Origin: Acidobacteriota bacterium
Lineage (GTDB): Bacteria > Acidobacteriota > UBA890 > WLXD01
Assembly: GCA_963666215.2 (NCBI GenBank)
Contig: CAXWPL010000004.1
Coordinates: 928,001-992,000, forward strand
Reading direction: 5' to 3'
Length of the DNA: 64,000 nt
Shown piece by piece: positions 29,752 to 39,945 of this stretch. Each line of letters opens with the position of its first letter. Position 1 is the stretch's first letter. A program made the position numbers and the translations under genes. The notes under the pieces were generated by a model that made no database searches, was not told the origin of the DNA, and worked only from the letters and a program-made list of their open reading frames with translations.

Positions 29752-32700
29752 CTAGCGGACGCCGATCACCACCGGTCCCAGTCCGCGCTCGCGTAGACGC
29801 GCGTTGAAAGCCTCGACGTCGGTGTTGATCACTCGCTCGAGCTCGGCGGCCAGATCGCGCAGCTCCTGCTCCAGCACCGCCTGAACCTCGAGGGCCTGGT
29901 CGGTGGGCGGGAAATCGGCCGTGGCGACGCCGCTGAACAGGTAGGTGAGCTTGCCGTGCAGGCGCACGGGCCAGCGCACACCGTCCTGGCCGGTGCCGGT
30001 GAGACGGAGCTGGCGCAGGCTGCCCTGAACCGACGTCAGCGTGCCGAGCAGCTCGTCTGTGGCGGTGGCGATCTCCTCGGAGTCTTCGCTATCGGCGAGC
30101 ACCTGTTGCAGGTCGATGAGCTGGCGGCGCACCCACTCCACACGGTTGATCATCCCGGCGACGGTGTCGATGTCGCCGCGGATTTCCTCGAGGGTCGCGA
30201 TTTGCGCCGCGATGTCGCCGGCCGCTCCCTCCGAGTAGGGGTCCTTGATCACCGTCAGCGGCTGCCGGTGCTCCGACTCGCCGGCCTCGAGCACGACGGT
30301 GTAACTGCCCGGAAGCTGCAGAATGGCCGCGCCGCCCTCGATCTCGCGTACGCGCTCGGGGCCGAGCGTCAACCAGTCGGCGAACTGTGGCTTGGTGCGC
30401 AAGCGCAACGGCGTCGCCGGCTCGCCTCGCAGGTTCCACCACATTCGATTGATGCCCGGGTTCGCGGTGCCACTCAGGGTGCGCACGGTCTCGCCGGCTT
30501 GGTTCTCGATCCGGATGCTGACCTCGGTGGCGCTATCGTCCTCGCCTTCTTCCGAGGGACCCTCGCCGATCCAGTAGCTGATCGCGGCGCCGTATTGCGG
30601 ATTCTCGCCCGTCGTCGGATCGGCGGTCAGCGAGAACGACGAGGTGACCGAATGGAAGCGATAGGCGTCACGCGGTTCGAACAGAGCAATACCAGAACCG
30701 GCTGCGTCGCCGCCTGTCAGGGCAGCGACCATGTCCGCATCGAGCTGCTGGAGCGGACCGAGATCGTCGAGGATCCAGAAGCCGCGGCCGTAGGTGCCCA
30801 CCACCAGATCGTTGAAGTGCTCCTGGACGACGATGCCGTAGACCGGAGCCGAGGGCAGGTCGGTCATCAGCGAGTGCCAGTTGCCGCCGTCGTCCCAGGA
30901 GGCGTAGAGCGCGTTTTCGGTGCCGAGGTAGAGGAGCCCTTCACGCACCGGGTCCTCTTCGATATGGCGGGTGTAGGAGAGTACCGAGTCAGCAATTCCG
31001 TTGGTGATCTTGGTCCAGGAAGCGCCGTAGTCCTCGGTCTTGTAGACGTAGGCCGCGAAGTCGCCCACCTGGTGCCGCTCGACGGTGAGGTAGGCTTTGG
31101 CGGCGGCTCGCTTCGACGCCTGAATCGCCCGCACCACGCCGTCGGGCGGCAGGTCGGGGATATTGCCGGTGACGTTGGTCCAGTTGGCGCCGTCGTCGCG
31201 ACTCATGTGCACCAGACCGTCGTTGCTACCAGCCCAGAACACGCCCTGCTGAATAGGCGACTCGTCGAACGCGTAGATCACGCAGCAGTACTCGACGCCG
31301 ATGTTGTCCGGAGTCAGGCCACCCGAGATTCCTTGCCGGGTCTTGTCGTTGGTGGTCAGATCGGGGCTGATGACATCCCAGCTCTGGCCTCGATTGCGGG
31401 TGCGGTGCACCACCTGGCTCGTGACGTAGACGGTCTCGTTGTCGTGTGGCGATATCAGCAGCGGGAAGGTCCACTGGAAGCGGTACTTGAGCTCTTCGGC
31501 CGCCCAGCCGATCGTGCTTTCCGGCCACACCTCTGTCTGGCGGAACTGGCCGATGCTCTCGCGGTAGCGGACCACGATGCCGCCCACGGCGCCGGAGCCC
31601 GAGGCGCTCGACCAGATGACGTCCGGATCGGTCGGATCGGGAGTCGCGAAGCCGCTCTCACCGCCGCCCACCGGTTTCCACAGGCCGCGCGTGATGCCGC
31701 CGCCGAAGAAGCCGCCGGTGCGCGAGTTGCTCGGGCCGCGGAACGAGGGCCCGTCCTGCCGGTTGCCGTAAACGAAGTAGGGCACCGCCGTGTCGGCGGT
31801 GACGTGGTACATCTGCGCAATCGGCAGCTGGATGCGGTTCCAGCCCTTGCCGCGGTTTTCCGAAATGGAGATGCCCTGGTCGTGGCCGACGATCATCCGA
31901 TCGGCATTGGTCGGGTCGATCCACATGTCGTGGTGGTCGCCGCCGGGCGCCTGCATGTGCGTGGCGTCGCCGCCGCCGAAGAAACCGGAGCTCTCGGTGG
32001 TGGTGGCGCCGCCGTCGAGCGTGTAGGCGAACGAGGAGGTCAGGAAGTAGGCCTCGTTGGGGTCGTCGGGCGCCACGAAGCAGTTGTTGTAGTAGGCGCT
32101 GCGACCGGTGAGATTACGGTTGGAGTTCACCAGCCGCCAGGAACCCGCGCCGTCGTCCGAGCGCCACAGCTCTCCGGCCTCGGTGTCGGCCTCGTGCCAG
32201 GGTACGCCGTCCCCGGTTTCGATGAGTGCGTAGACGCGCTTCGAATCGGACGGCGTCATGCAGACATCGATCTTGCCGATCGGCAGGCCAGGCAAGCCGC
32301 GCCCCTGCAACCTCTCCCAGGTGTCACCGCCGTCGCGGCTCATGTGGATGGCGCTACTCGGCCCGCCGCTCTCGCGGTTCCAGGTGTTGACCGACACCTG
32401 CCACATGCCGGCGAACAGAATCCGCGGATTGTTCGGATCCATCTCGATGTCGGAGGCGCCGGTGTTCTCGTCGACGAACAGCACGTGCTCCCAGCTCGCG
32501 CCGCCGTCGGTGGTGCGGTAGATGCCGCGCTCCGGCTGCGGCGCGTGCGCGTGCCCGAGCGCCGCCACGTAGGCGGTATCGGGATCATCGGGATGGACAG
32601 CAATGTCGGAGATCCTTCCAGTTGCGTCGAGGCCGACATGGCTCCAGTTCTCACCTCCGTCGGTCGACCTGTACACACCGTTGCCAATCGAGACGTTCGA

Positions 32701-33069
32701 GCGGATATGCGGCTCGCCGGTTCCCGCCCAGATCACGTTCGGATCCGACGGTGCTACTTCCAGGGCGCCGATCGCGTTCACCGGCTGGTCGTCCATGAGC
32801 GCTCGCCAGGTCAGCCCGGCATCCTCGGTCTTCCACAGCCCACCCGAGGCGGCGCCCACGTAGTAGGTCTGATCGTCGTCGGCGACGCCGGCGACCGACG
32901 CAACCCTGTTGCCAACCGGGCCGATGTGGCGGAAGTGCAGCGGACCCAGAAGGCTGGAGGCATCCATCTGGGCTCTCACAGGGGCCGGCGTCCCGACGGC
33001 GAGCATGCCAGCCGCCAACAGCAGTGTGAGAGCGAATGGAACGGCGCGGCGGGGAGAGGCTGAGGGCAT
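29752..33069 (-). CDS. VPS10/BNR-repeat secreted beta-propeller protein (glycosyl hydrolase-like)
   Basis: Signal peptide, FRHIGPVGNRV, many SxDGGxxW boxes, GTYGRGFWILDD, C-terminal helical tail. Confidence 0.9.
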   Translation of the reverse strand: MPSASPRRAVPFALTLLLAAGMLAVGTPAPVRAQMDASSLLGPLHFRHIGPVGNRVASVAGVADDDQTYYVGAASGGLWKTEDAGLTWRALMDDQPVNAIGALEVAPSDPNVIWAGTGEPHIRSNVSIGNGVYRSTDGGENWSHVGLDATGRISDIAVHPDDPDTAYVAALGHAHAPQPERGIYRTTDGGASWEHVLFVDENTGASDIEMDPNNPRILFAGMWQVSVNTWNRESGGPSSAIHMSRDGGDTWERLQGRGLPGLPIGKIDVCMTPSDSKRVYALIETGDGVPWHEADTEAGELWRSDDGAGSWRLVNSNRNLTGRSAYYNNCFVAPDDPNEAYFLTSSFAYTLDGGATTTESSGFFGGGDATHMQAPGGDHHDMWIDPTNADRMIVGHDQGISISENRGKGWNRIQLPIAQMYHVTADTAVPYFVYGNRQDGPSFRGPSNSRTGGFFGGGITRGLWKPVGGGESGFATPDPTDPDVIWSSASGSGAVGGIVVRYRESIGQFRQTEVWPESTIGWAAEELKYRFQWTFPLLISPHDNETVYVTSQVVHRTRNRGQSWDVISPDLTTNDKTRQGISGGLTPDNIGVEYCCVIYAFDESPIQQGVFWAGSNDGLVHMSRDDGANWTNVTGNIPDLPPDGVVRAIQASKRAAAKAYLTVERHQVGDFAAYVYKTEDYGASWTKITNGIADSVLSYTRHIEEDPVREGLLYLGTENALYASWDDGGNWHSLMTDLPSAPVYGIVVQEHFNDLVVGTYGRGFWILDDLGPLQQLDADMVAALTGGDAAGSGIALFEPRDAYRFHSVTSSFSLTADPTTGENPQYGAAISYWIGEGPSEEGEDDSATEVSIRIENQAGETVRTLSGTANPGINRMWWNLRGEPATPLRLRTKPQFADWLTLGPERVREIEGGAAILQLPGSYTVVLEAGESEHRQPLTVIKDPYSEGAAGDIAAQIATLEEIRGDIDTVAGMINRVEWVRRQLIDLQQVLADSEDSEEIATATDELLGTLTSVQGSLRQLRLTGTGQDGVRWPVRLHGKLTYLFSGVATADFPPTDQALEVQAVLEQELRDLAAELERVINTDVEAFNARLRERGLGPVVIGVR

Positions 33070-33249
33070 GGGGGCAACTCCTGATGATCACCGCCACCCG
33101 GGCGGGCGCGATGCAAAGCGAGAACGGCTATCGACGGCAGGGATGTACCGCTTGCGCGGCTCGATCACAAGGGCGGAGCCCGATTCAGCCTCCTTCCGAA
33201 CGCGCGGCTCCGACGTCAGCTCGAACGTGTTTCGCCAGGGCGCTGCACC

Positions 33250-33560
33250 AAGACGTACAGGTAGAAGTAGGTCCACTTGGCAGGGCCTCGCAGTTTGGAT
33301 ATGTCCCACGACCACACCTGTCGGCGAGCAGCTCGGGCTTGTTGTAGGGCGGGTGCACGAGCTGGTTGCGCCGCTCGCCGCCCTCGCCCTGGGCGGCGAG
33401 GATCCGATCACGTGATCGCCGTCAGCTGATCGCAGGTTGGCAAGCTGCGCGTCTCGGGGATCGGGCGCCGGCCGGCCGCGTGGCTTAGCCAGCGCCACCA
33501 ATGCCCCGGCGTCACGCTGCTTGCGCCACACCGACAGATGCGACCGCTCGCCCTCTTCCT
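33250..33560 (-). mobile_element. Degenerate IS3-family transposase relic
   Basis: Fragments SHLSVWRKQRDAGAL..RGRP (OrfA) and HPPYNKPELLA / VWSWDISKLRGPAKWTYFYLYVL (OrfB); boundaries approximate. Confidence 0.7.
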
Positions 33561-33629
33561 CAGTAATTATCCAACCTCCATCGTCTCACCCCACGTTGGC
33601 AGAGAGGGGCGATGCAAAGCGAGAACGGC

Positions 33630-33950
33630 CACAGGTAGTGCCTCTGGCCCCGGATCGTGACGAAGACCTCGTCCAAGAACCAAGCGTCCCCGAGTCGGCC
33701 TTGCCGCTTCCGGAGCTCGGCCGCGTACTTGGGTCCGAACTTGGCGCACCAGTACCGGATTGCTTCGTAAGAAACGGTGACGCCGCGTTCCGCTAGGAGA
33801 TCTTCGACATCACGAAGGCTGAGGCAGAAGCGGTGGTAGAGCCAAACGGCGTGGCTGATGATCTCAGGCGGAAAGCGATGCCGATGGTAGTTGTGCCCGT
33901 CGTTGCTCATCGGCGCACTCTGCCAGGCGACCGGTTAACTTGACAGTGCC
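33630..33950 (-). mobile_element. IS6-family relic (left end + N-terminal transposase)
   Basis: TIR GGCACTGTCAA at 33950; YHRHRFPPEIISHAVWLYHRFCLSLRDVE..WFLDEVFV. Confidence 0.88.
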
Positions 33951-33978
33951 TCTGCTCGGTCGGCAGACCGCTCTCTTC

Positions 33979-35208
33979 CTACGACCTGGCATGCGCTGCC
34001 TTCGCCTGGCTGAGAGCTTCGGTGATCGCCTCGAAAAATGCCGATCGATGGTGCGAGAACTCCCTGCCCGTGGCACGCGGCCATGCGCTTTGGGTCACGA
34101 TGATCAAATCCTCCGCCGGATCGATATGGATCGCCTGGCCGTAGATACCGGTGGCGCTGTAGGCGCCGTTGTCGCGCAACCACCAGAGCTGACCGTAGCC
34201 ATCGTTAGCCGGCGACGGTGCCGTCGACTCCGCCATCCAATCGTCGGGAAGAACTCGGCTGCCGTCGCGCAAGGCACCGCCGCCCATGGCGAAAACACCG
34301 ATCCGCCCATAGTCCCGCAGCGTGGCGCTGAGGCAACAGCCACCGTGTTCACCGCCGCCCTCGGTCAGCAGCAACCAGTTGGCATCATGCTCCATACCGA
34401 AGGGGCGCCAGATCCTGTGTTCGAGGTAGGTCGACAGGTTGTTGCCGATGGCAGCCCGCAACACGGCGCCCAGCAAGTTTGTCTCGCCGGTGTTGTAGTT
34501 GAAGACCTCCCCCTGTGCCGCCACCCGCGGCTTGGCGCTCAGATAGCGGAGCCTGTTGAGGGCGCTGCCGCCGGTGCTGGCGACGTCGGAAGCGGGGTCG
34601 ACATAGTCCTCGTTCCACTCGACGCCCGAGGCCATCTGCATGGCGTGGCGAATCGTCACGCCCTCATACGCAGAGGCCGCCAGGATCGGCAAGTAATCGG
34701 TGACCGGCGCATCAAGTGACGCAATGTAGCCGTCGCGCACAGCGGCTCCGATCAGGAGCGAGACGACCGACTTGGCGACCGAGAACGAATACCATCTGGT
34801 CTGCGGCGTATTGCCCGCGGTGTAACGCTCGAGAGCGATGTCCCCGTCCTCGATGATCAATAGGCCGACGACGTGGTTGTGCTCGAGGAATCCGTCCAGG
34901 TCGAAAGACGCACCCTCCACTTCGTAGCGCACGGCGGACAGATCGCGCTCGCGCTTCGGCAGCGGGAAAGGGTTCTCGCTCGCCGCCATCGCCCGCGTCG
35001 GATAGATCTTGTCGATGTTGCGATAGCCACGGAGCTGCTGTTCCGGGGTCCACCTCAGGATGTTTTCCAGGATGCCGAACCCGGACCAATCCTCACCGTC
35101 TGTCGGCGCTGCCACCCGCTCGCTGTCGGGCGCGCAGGCGGCGAGGGCGACCGACAAAACAGCGATGAAGACGCCTTTGCCTGCCGTTCCCATGGTTTCT
35201 CTCATCAT
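33979..35208 (-). CDS. Serine hydrolase, beta-lactamase class C / NylB-like lipoprotein
   Basis: Lipobox ALAAC, SVAK (SxxK), MASGVEWNEDY, FNYNTGET, ATGIYGQ. Confidence 0.88.
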   Translation of the reverse strand: MMRETMGTAGKGVFIAVLSVALAACAPDSERVAAPTDGEDWSGFGILENILRWTPEQQLRGYRNIDKIYPTRAMAASENPFPLPKRERDLSAVRYEVEGASFDLDGFLEHNHVVGLLIIEDGDIALERYTAGNTPQTRWYSFSVAKSVVSLLIGAAVRDGYIASLDAPVTDYLPILAASAYEGVTIRHAMQMASGVEWNEDYVDPASDVASTGGSALNRLRYLSAKPRVAAQGEVFNYNTGETNLLGAVLRAAIGNNLSTYLEHRIWRPFGMEHDANWLLLTEGGGEHGGCCLSATLRDYGRIGVFAMGGGALRDGSRVLPDDWMAESTAPSPANDGYGQLWWLRDNGAYSATGIYGQAIHIDPAEDLIIVTQSAWPRATGREFSHHRSAFFEAITEALSQAKAAHARS

Positions 35209-35253
35209 TTACGATCGGCTGATGCGGACGCCGTAGCTTGGCGGCGTAGCGGG

Positions 35254-35794
35254 GGCACTGTCAACTTAACTTCCTGAGTCGGCCGCGCGGCGGTGCCCGC
35301 CTCCGAGAGACGGCTCCTCAGGAAGCGGTGGCCTCCTGCCAAACGGTCAGGGATCGGGTCCGCAGGAGTCGGTAGTTTGCTGCTCGCAAGCGGTGTCGCC
35401 CTAGCCGGAAGAGGTTGAGAATGACGCCGTGCACTGCCAAGAAACGCTGAGCCTGCGCCGCTGACTTGAACCGCCGCATCTGGCGTTCTCGTTGCCGAGT
35501 GGGCTGGTGCGACGCCTCGGCTCGGTTGTTCGCGTAGCACCCAGTGACGTGCTCCACCGACAGCATCACGGCACGATGCGCGGCGCCGTAACTTGCGAGC
35601 TTGTCTGTGATCAGCCACCGAGGTTCGCTCCCTCGGCTAGCAGATCTTCGACGGCTCGGAAGCTCAGGCAGAAACGATGATAGAGCCAGACCGCGTGGCT
35701 GATGATCTCGATTGGGAAACGATGTCTGCGATAACGGCCCAGGGCGTTGGTCATCGCCGCACTCTGCCAGCAGCGCCGTTGAGTTGACAGTGCC
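35254..35794 (-). mobile_element. Internally deleted IS6-family element with both TIRs
   Basis: GGCACTGTCAAC at 35254 and GTTGACAGTGCC at 35794; EIISHAVWLYHRF and NNRAEASHQPTRQRERQMRRFKS fragments. Confidence 0.88.
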
Positions 35795-35850
35795 CCTTGC
35801 GCCGCTGAACGCTACGGCTCAGGCTCCAGCGGCACGAGATCGTAGCCGAG

Positions 35851-36855
35851 CTACACCGAGCCGTCGTCGAGCAGAAGGTGCTCGTGGACCACTCGCGGGT
35901 CGGTGGGTTCTCCGTCGAGCGTGTCGAGAATGTGCGGCAGCAGGCCGCCCTCGGGGTCGATATCGGCGTCGAGAATGTAGACAGGGGCACCGTCGATCTC
36001 GCCAGGAATCAAGGTCAGCTGCAGGTTGCCGTAATGCTCGTTGGTCTTGATCGAGCGGATTCTCCGCTTGGCGAATCGCGAGCGCAGAAGCGGCGGAAGG
36101 TTGTCGAAATGGGCGTCGGAGGCTTGGCGCCGCACGTCCAGGGTGTCGGCGTTGTCGTACAGCCGCTTCACCAGCCGCGCCCCCTGGTCCGAGATATAAG
36201 CCAAGATCCGCTCCTGGTCGACCAAGATGATCTGCTCGAGGAAATCGGACCAGGGTCGTCCGCGTCCGGGCGCCTTGGTCATGCGCAGCTTCGCGTAGAC
36301 GTTCAACAGGCCAGCCTTGGTGGCCGCGGAGATCGAGCCGTTGTCGTACTGCTCCGCACCCAGTGCTCCCAATAGGCGAAACCCTTCGTCTTCCGCGTCG
36401 TCCTTGAGCCAAATCTCGCTCGAGGTCGCGAGCAGCGTTTTCAGGTGAGCCGCCGACGTGGGCAGCTCGTCCCAAGCAGCGAAGCGGTAGTCGAAGTGGT
36501 CGCGGTTGAGCAGCACCACGACGTCGATGTCGAGAGGGTCGGAAGCGTCGTTGGCGCGAAACGTCGTCTTGGTCGGGTAGTAGAGCGTGGGTTCAACGTA
36601 CAGGGTGAACTGCTGCTCCAGACCCATGCTCGTCGGATGCTCGAAGGTCACACCTTCGGGGGTGACCTGGAGATCGCTCGCGGTCCATTCCTGGGGCCCC
36701 TTGAGGCGGAACGTCGTCGACGGGTCTCCAACCGGCACGCCGTTCGCGTCGATGAGCACGATCGTCAGCGGGACCGCAGCGGCGGCGCAGGCGAACTGGA
36801 TGACCAGGGCACAAAGGACGGTCGTCCACCGGCCCCGGTTCGAGGCGCTACGCAT
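35851..36855 (-). CDS. Hypothetical secreted protein
   Basis: 334-aa ORF with signal peptide and coding-like composition; no named family recognised. Confidence 0.75.
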   Translation of the reverse strand: MRSASNRGRWTTVLCALVIQFACAAAAVPLTIVLIDANGVPVGDPSTTFRLKGPQEWTASDLQVTPEGVTFEHPTSMGLEQQFTLYVEPTLYYPTKTTFRANDASDPLDIDVVVLLNRDHFDYRFAAWDELPTSAAHLKTLLATSSEIWLKDDAEDEGFRLLGALGAEQYDNGSISAATKAGLLNVYAKLRMTKAPGRGRPWSDFLEQIILVDQERILAYISDQGARLVKRLYDNADTLDVRRQASDAHFDNLPPLLRSRFAKRRIRSIKTNEHYGNLQLTLIPGEIDGAPVYILDADIDPEGGLLPHILDTLDGEPTDPRVVHEHLLLDDGSV

Positions 36856-37261
36856 GAATCGACTCCTTGCTTCCGTCGGCGGGGACGCCGCGAGCCTAGC
36901 GGCGCGTCGAGATCCTTGTCAATGGCGAAGCCGACGATGACACGGCAGCCGCAGTTTACGCAGTACGCAGTCGCAGCTGTTCTCGGCGCGGTTCTACGAC
37001 GACCTGGTGACCTCGTAGTGCCGCTTGCGGCGACCACCCCGTTCCAGCGAAGAAGCCCATCGTCAAGCCTGATAGGCCGTCCGCGGGTCGTTGCGGCGTC
37101 CGGTCGCGGCGTGTCACTCTCGCAGGGGCCGCCGGCAAGCTCGCACCAGGCGGTTTTCTGCAGGTCGCGTTTGCGGTCTGATTTTTCCGGGAGTAAAATC
37201 CGGCGACGTTCTTGGCGTAGATAAGGAAGCGGAACCCCCTGCTGCCAATGGAGGCTCCCCG

Positions 37262-37453
37262 ATGAGACTCATCGTCGCTATCTTCCTGCCGTTCCTGGCC
37301 TTTTTCACGATCGGCCGCCCGTTCTCTGGCATTTTCTGCCTGATCCTGCAGCTCACGATCATCGGCTGGATCCCCGCGGCCTTCTGGGCCGTGTACTCGC
37401 TCGGTCAGTACAAGACCGACAGAAAGATCGCCGCCGCCTTCGGGTCGCGCTAA
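37262..37453 (+). CDS. YqaE/Pmp3 family small membrane protein
   Basis: MRLIVAIFLPFLAFFTIGRPFSGIFCLILQLTIIGWIPAAFWAVY; SD GGAGG. Confidence 0.88.
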   Translation: MRLIVAIFLPFLAFFTIGRPFSGIFCLILQLTIIGWIPAAFWAVYSLGQYKTDRKIAAAFGSR

Positions 37454-37566
37454 GAGATTCGCTGGCCGCGGGATCGGCGCGTCGTGCCCCGTATGGCGCC
37501 ACTCCGACCGGCGTGTCGTAGGGACGCAGCTCGGTTCTGCGACACGTCCTGAGCGCGCTGTAGCGG

Positions 37567-39684
37567 CTAGTTCCTGCTGCCGCCCGCGTCGTCGGCCTCG
37601 GTAACCGGAGGCTTCAGACGCACGGCCCAGAGGCCGGAGTTGTTGTCGGCAAAGAAGATATTGCCCTTGTGCGGCATGGTGCCCCAGGTGCGGCGGGCGT
37701 TGGCCTTGAAGCCGTCGGGGTCGTCGGCCAGGAAGTAGGCAATCTCGCGGCCTTGCCGGTAAAGGTCGCCGAGGAGCTCGCCCGAGACGTCGACGATTCG
37801 CAGGCCGGCGTTGTAGTAGGCGACGTAAAGGATGTCGTCCTCGATCCAGTAGTTGTGGGTGCCGCCGTAGGGGACCTCGTACCGCGCGATCTCACGCGGC
37901 GCTTCGAGGTCGTCGAACTCGATGACGTGGATCCAGCCGGCGGCTTGCACGGGGGGGCCGACAAAGCGATCGAAGCCGATGGGGTTGCGGTCGCGCGGGA
38001 AGGCCTCGTCGCCAGCGAAGACGTAGAACTTGCCGGCCGACTCGCTCCAGTAGGGGAATCCGGCGTGGTTCCGGCCGGACGGGTAGGCGTAGCTGCCCAT
38101 GAGCACCGGGTTGTTGGGCGAGCCGCCCTTGCCGCCGCCGCCGACATCGACAAGAACGATGCCGTCGCTCCAGTTCGACGACACGGCGACGCCGTTGGTG
38201 ACCCAAACGTCGTGAATCGAATGGCCGGGGGTGTCGAGCTCGAAGCGGCCGACGCGGTAGGGATTGCGCGGGTCTTCGATGTTGATGATGTCGTAGCGCT
38301 GGCCGCCAGAGAGGGCGTAGACGTGGTCTTCGTAAATGAAGACGTTGTGCACGCCGCCGGTCATCTGGTCGTCGTAGCGCGCGAGTACCTGCGCGCCTTT
38401 GTTCTGCATGTCGGACACGTCGTAGATCACCAGGCCGTTCTTGCGATCGCTGGCGCCCTCGCGGCTGATGATTGCGATGGTGCCGGCCTCGTTGACCTTC
38501 ACGTCGTTGACCGTGCGTGCGTCGACCTTGACGGTGTCGATGATCTGCAAGTTGCGTGGGTCGGTGACGTCCCAGAAGTAGGCGTGACCGGCGGCACCCC
38601 AGGTGCCGGTGATGGCGTAGTCGCGGCCGTCCGGCCCTTCCCAAACCCACAGGTCCGAGGTCTTGCGATCGTTCACGCGACCCTGGCCGAGCAGCTCGAT
38701 CTCGTGCTTGGCGTCGCGGGGCTCAACCTCGACCACATCGCTGGCGGAGGCGTTGCCGGCCACGGCGACGACGGTGTAATTGCCAGCTAGATCAGCAACG
38801 AAGCGGCCATCGTCTGTAATCAGGCCAGACGGTGGCTCACCGAGACCACGCGCCACCGTACGCGCCTGCATCGCGAAGCGCACCGGCATCTCGGCAACGA
38901 CGTTCCCCGACGCGTCGCGGGGCGTGGCGCTGAAGTGCACAACGTCGCCAGTGCGCGCCATGTGCGCCGACGCCTCGAGATCGAGGCTCACGGTGGGGTT
39001 GTCGACAACGTGAATGGAGGCGCTATTGGTAGCCGCTTCGGCGTTGACCGTAATCTCCGCATTGCCGGCTCGCAGCAGCTCGAGATGCCCCAGTCGTGAG
39101 ATCCGCACCACGGCGGGCGCACTGCTCGTCAGCTCAGGCTTGACGTCGGAACGCTCGGCGCCGGAGATATCGACAACCGACAGCTCTGGTCGCAGTGTCG
39201 TTCCCGTGTAGTACCGCGTTGGCAAACCGACGAAACCTACAGTTTCGACAGGCGGTGGTGGCACATGAACCGCGATCTCCACCGTGAGCGCGTCGGGATC
39301 GCGGCGCGCGTCGACATCGGGGCTGGAGGGCACACGCGCGATAAGCGCGAAGTCGCCGAACGTGTACGCCTCAACGGTCCCCTCCGGGGTAACCCCAACG
39401 CTGCGACGCGCCCGCGAGAAGAAAAGCACCGTCGCGTCTTCAATCACGTTACCGTCGGCGTCCTTGACGATCGCCGTGAGCTCCGCTTTCCCGCCAACCT
39501 CGATGTCGAGCTCGCTCGGCGTCACCTCAATCGAGGCGGCCTGCGGCGCCTCCGGCTGATCCTCCGCTTGGTTCGTGGTTGCCGCTTGGTTCGGGGCTGC
39601 CGCGATTGTTGGCGCTGCCACAACAAGGAGAACAAGCAGAAGGCAGGCGAGGCCTATCGGGATCGAGGAGGTGGGTCGATGCAT
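37567..39684 (-). CDS. Secreted Ig-like domain + LVIVD-repeat protein
   Basis: Signal peptide, Big-like domains, SDLWVW, GGVHNVFI, SIHDVWV, GTHNYW, YNAGLRIVDVS. Confidence 0.85.
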   Translation of the reverse strand: MHRPTSSIPIGLACLLLVLLVVAAPTIAAAPNQAATTNQAEDQPEAPQAASIEVTPSELDIEVGGKAELTAIVKDADGNVIEDATVLFFSRARRSVGVTPEGTVEAYTFGDFALIARVPSSPDVDARRDPDALTVEIAVHVPPPPVETVGFVGLPTRYYTGTTLRPELSVVDISGAERSDVKPELTSSAPAVVRISRLGHLELLRAGNAEITVNAEAATNSASIHVVDNPTVSLDLEASAHMARTGDVVHFSATPRDASGNVVAEMPVRFAMQARTVARGLGEPPSGLITDDGRFVADLAGNYTVVAVAGNASASDVVEVEPRDAKHEIELLGQGRVNDRKTSDLWVWEGPDGRDYAITGTWGAAGHAYFWDVTDPRNLQIIDTVKVDARTVNDVKVNEAGTIAIISREGASDRKNGLVIYDVSDMQNKGAQVLARYDDQMTGGVHNVFIYEDHVYALSGGQRYDIINIEDPRNPYRVGRFELDTPGHSIHDVWVTNGVAVSSNWSDGIVLVDVGGGGKGGSPNNPVLMGSYAYPSGRNHAGFPYWSESAGKFYVFAGDEAFPRDRNPIGFDRFVGPPVQAAGWIHVIEFDDLEAPREIARYEVPYGGTHNYWIEDDILYVAYYNAGLRIVDVSGELLGDLYRQGREIAYFLADDPDGFKANARRTWGTMPHKGNIFFADNNSGLWAVRLKPPVTEADDAGGSRN

Positions 39685-39945
39685 GCTGCTTCTCCATGTG
39701 GAGGTGGTTTGGCCAAGAGCATCGGAAGGTCAACCTACTGTGCCACCGAGATAAGGGTGGCGAAAGGTGGCGTTCTGGGAGGTGGGCGCGGGATCCGAAG
39801 CCTGGCTTCCAGGTGCCGGACCCACTCGTAGGCCCGTGCTACCGTAGGCACTCTTCCAGTAACTTCTGGTGACTCTTGGAGCCGCGGCGGCCGAGGCTGT
39901 CGCTGCCGCCCCGCCACGCTCCACACCCACGCTAGGGATACGCGT

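Noticed and set aside
29956-33063. 1035-aa plus-strand ORF and similar long antisense ORFs (14858..16765, 22896..24281, 42188..43402, 1953..3608)
   Set aside because: Shadow frames of real high-GC genes; no motifs, biased composition
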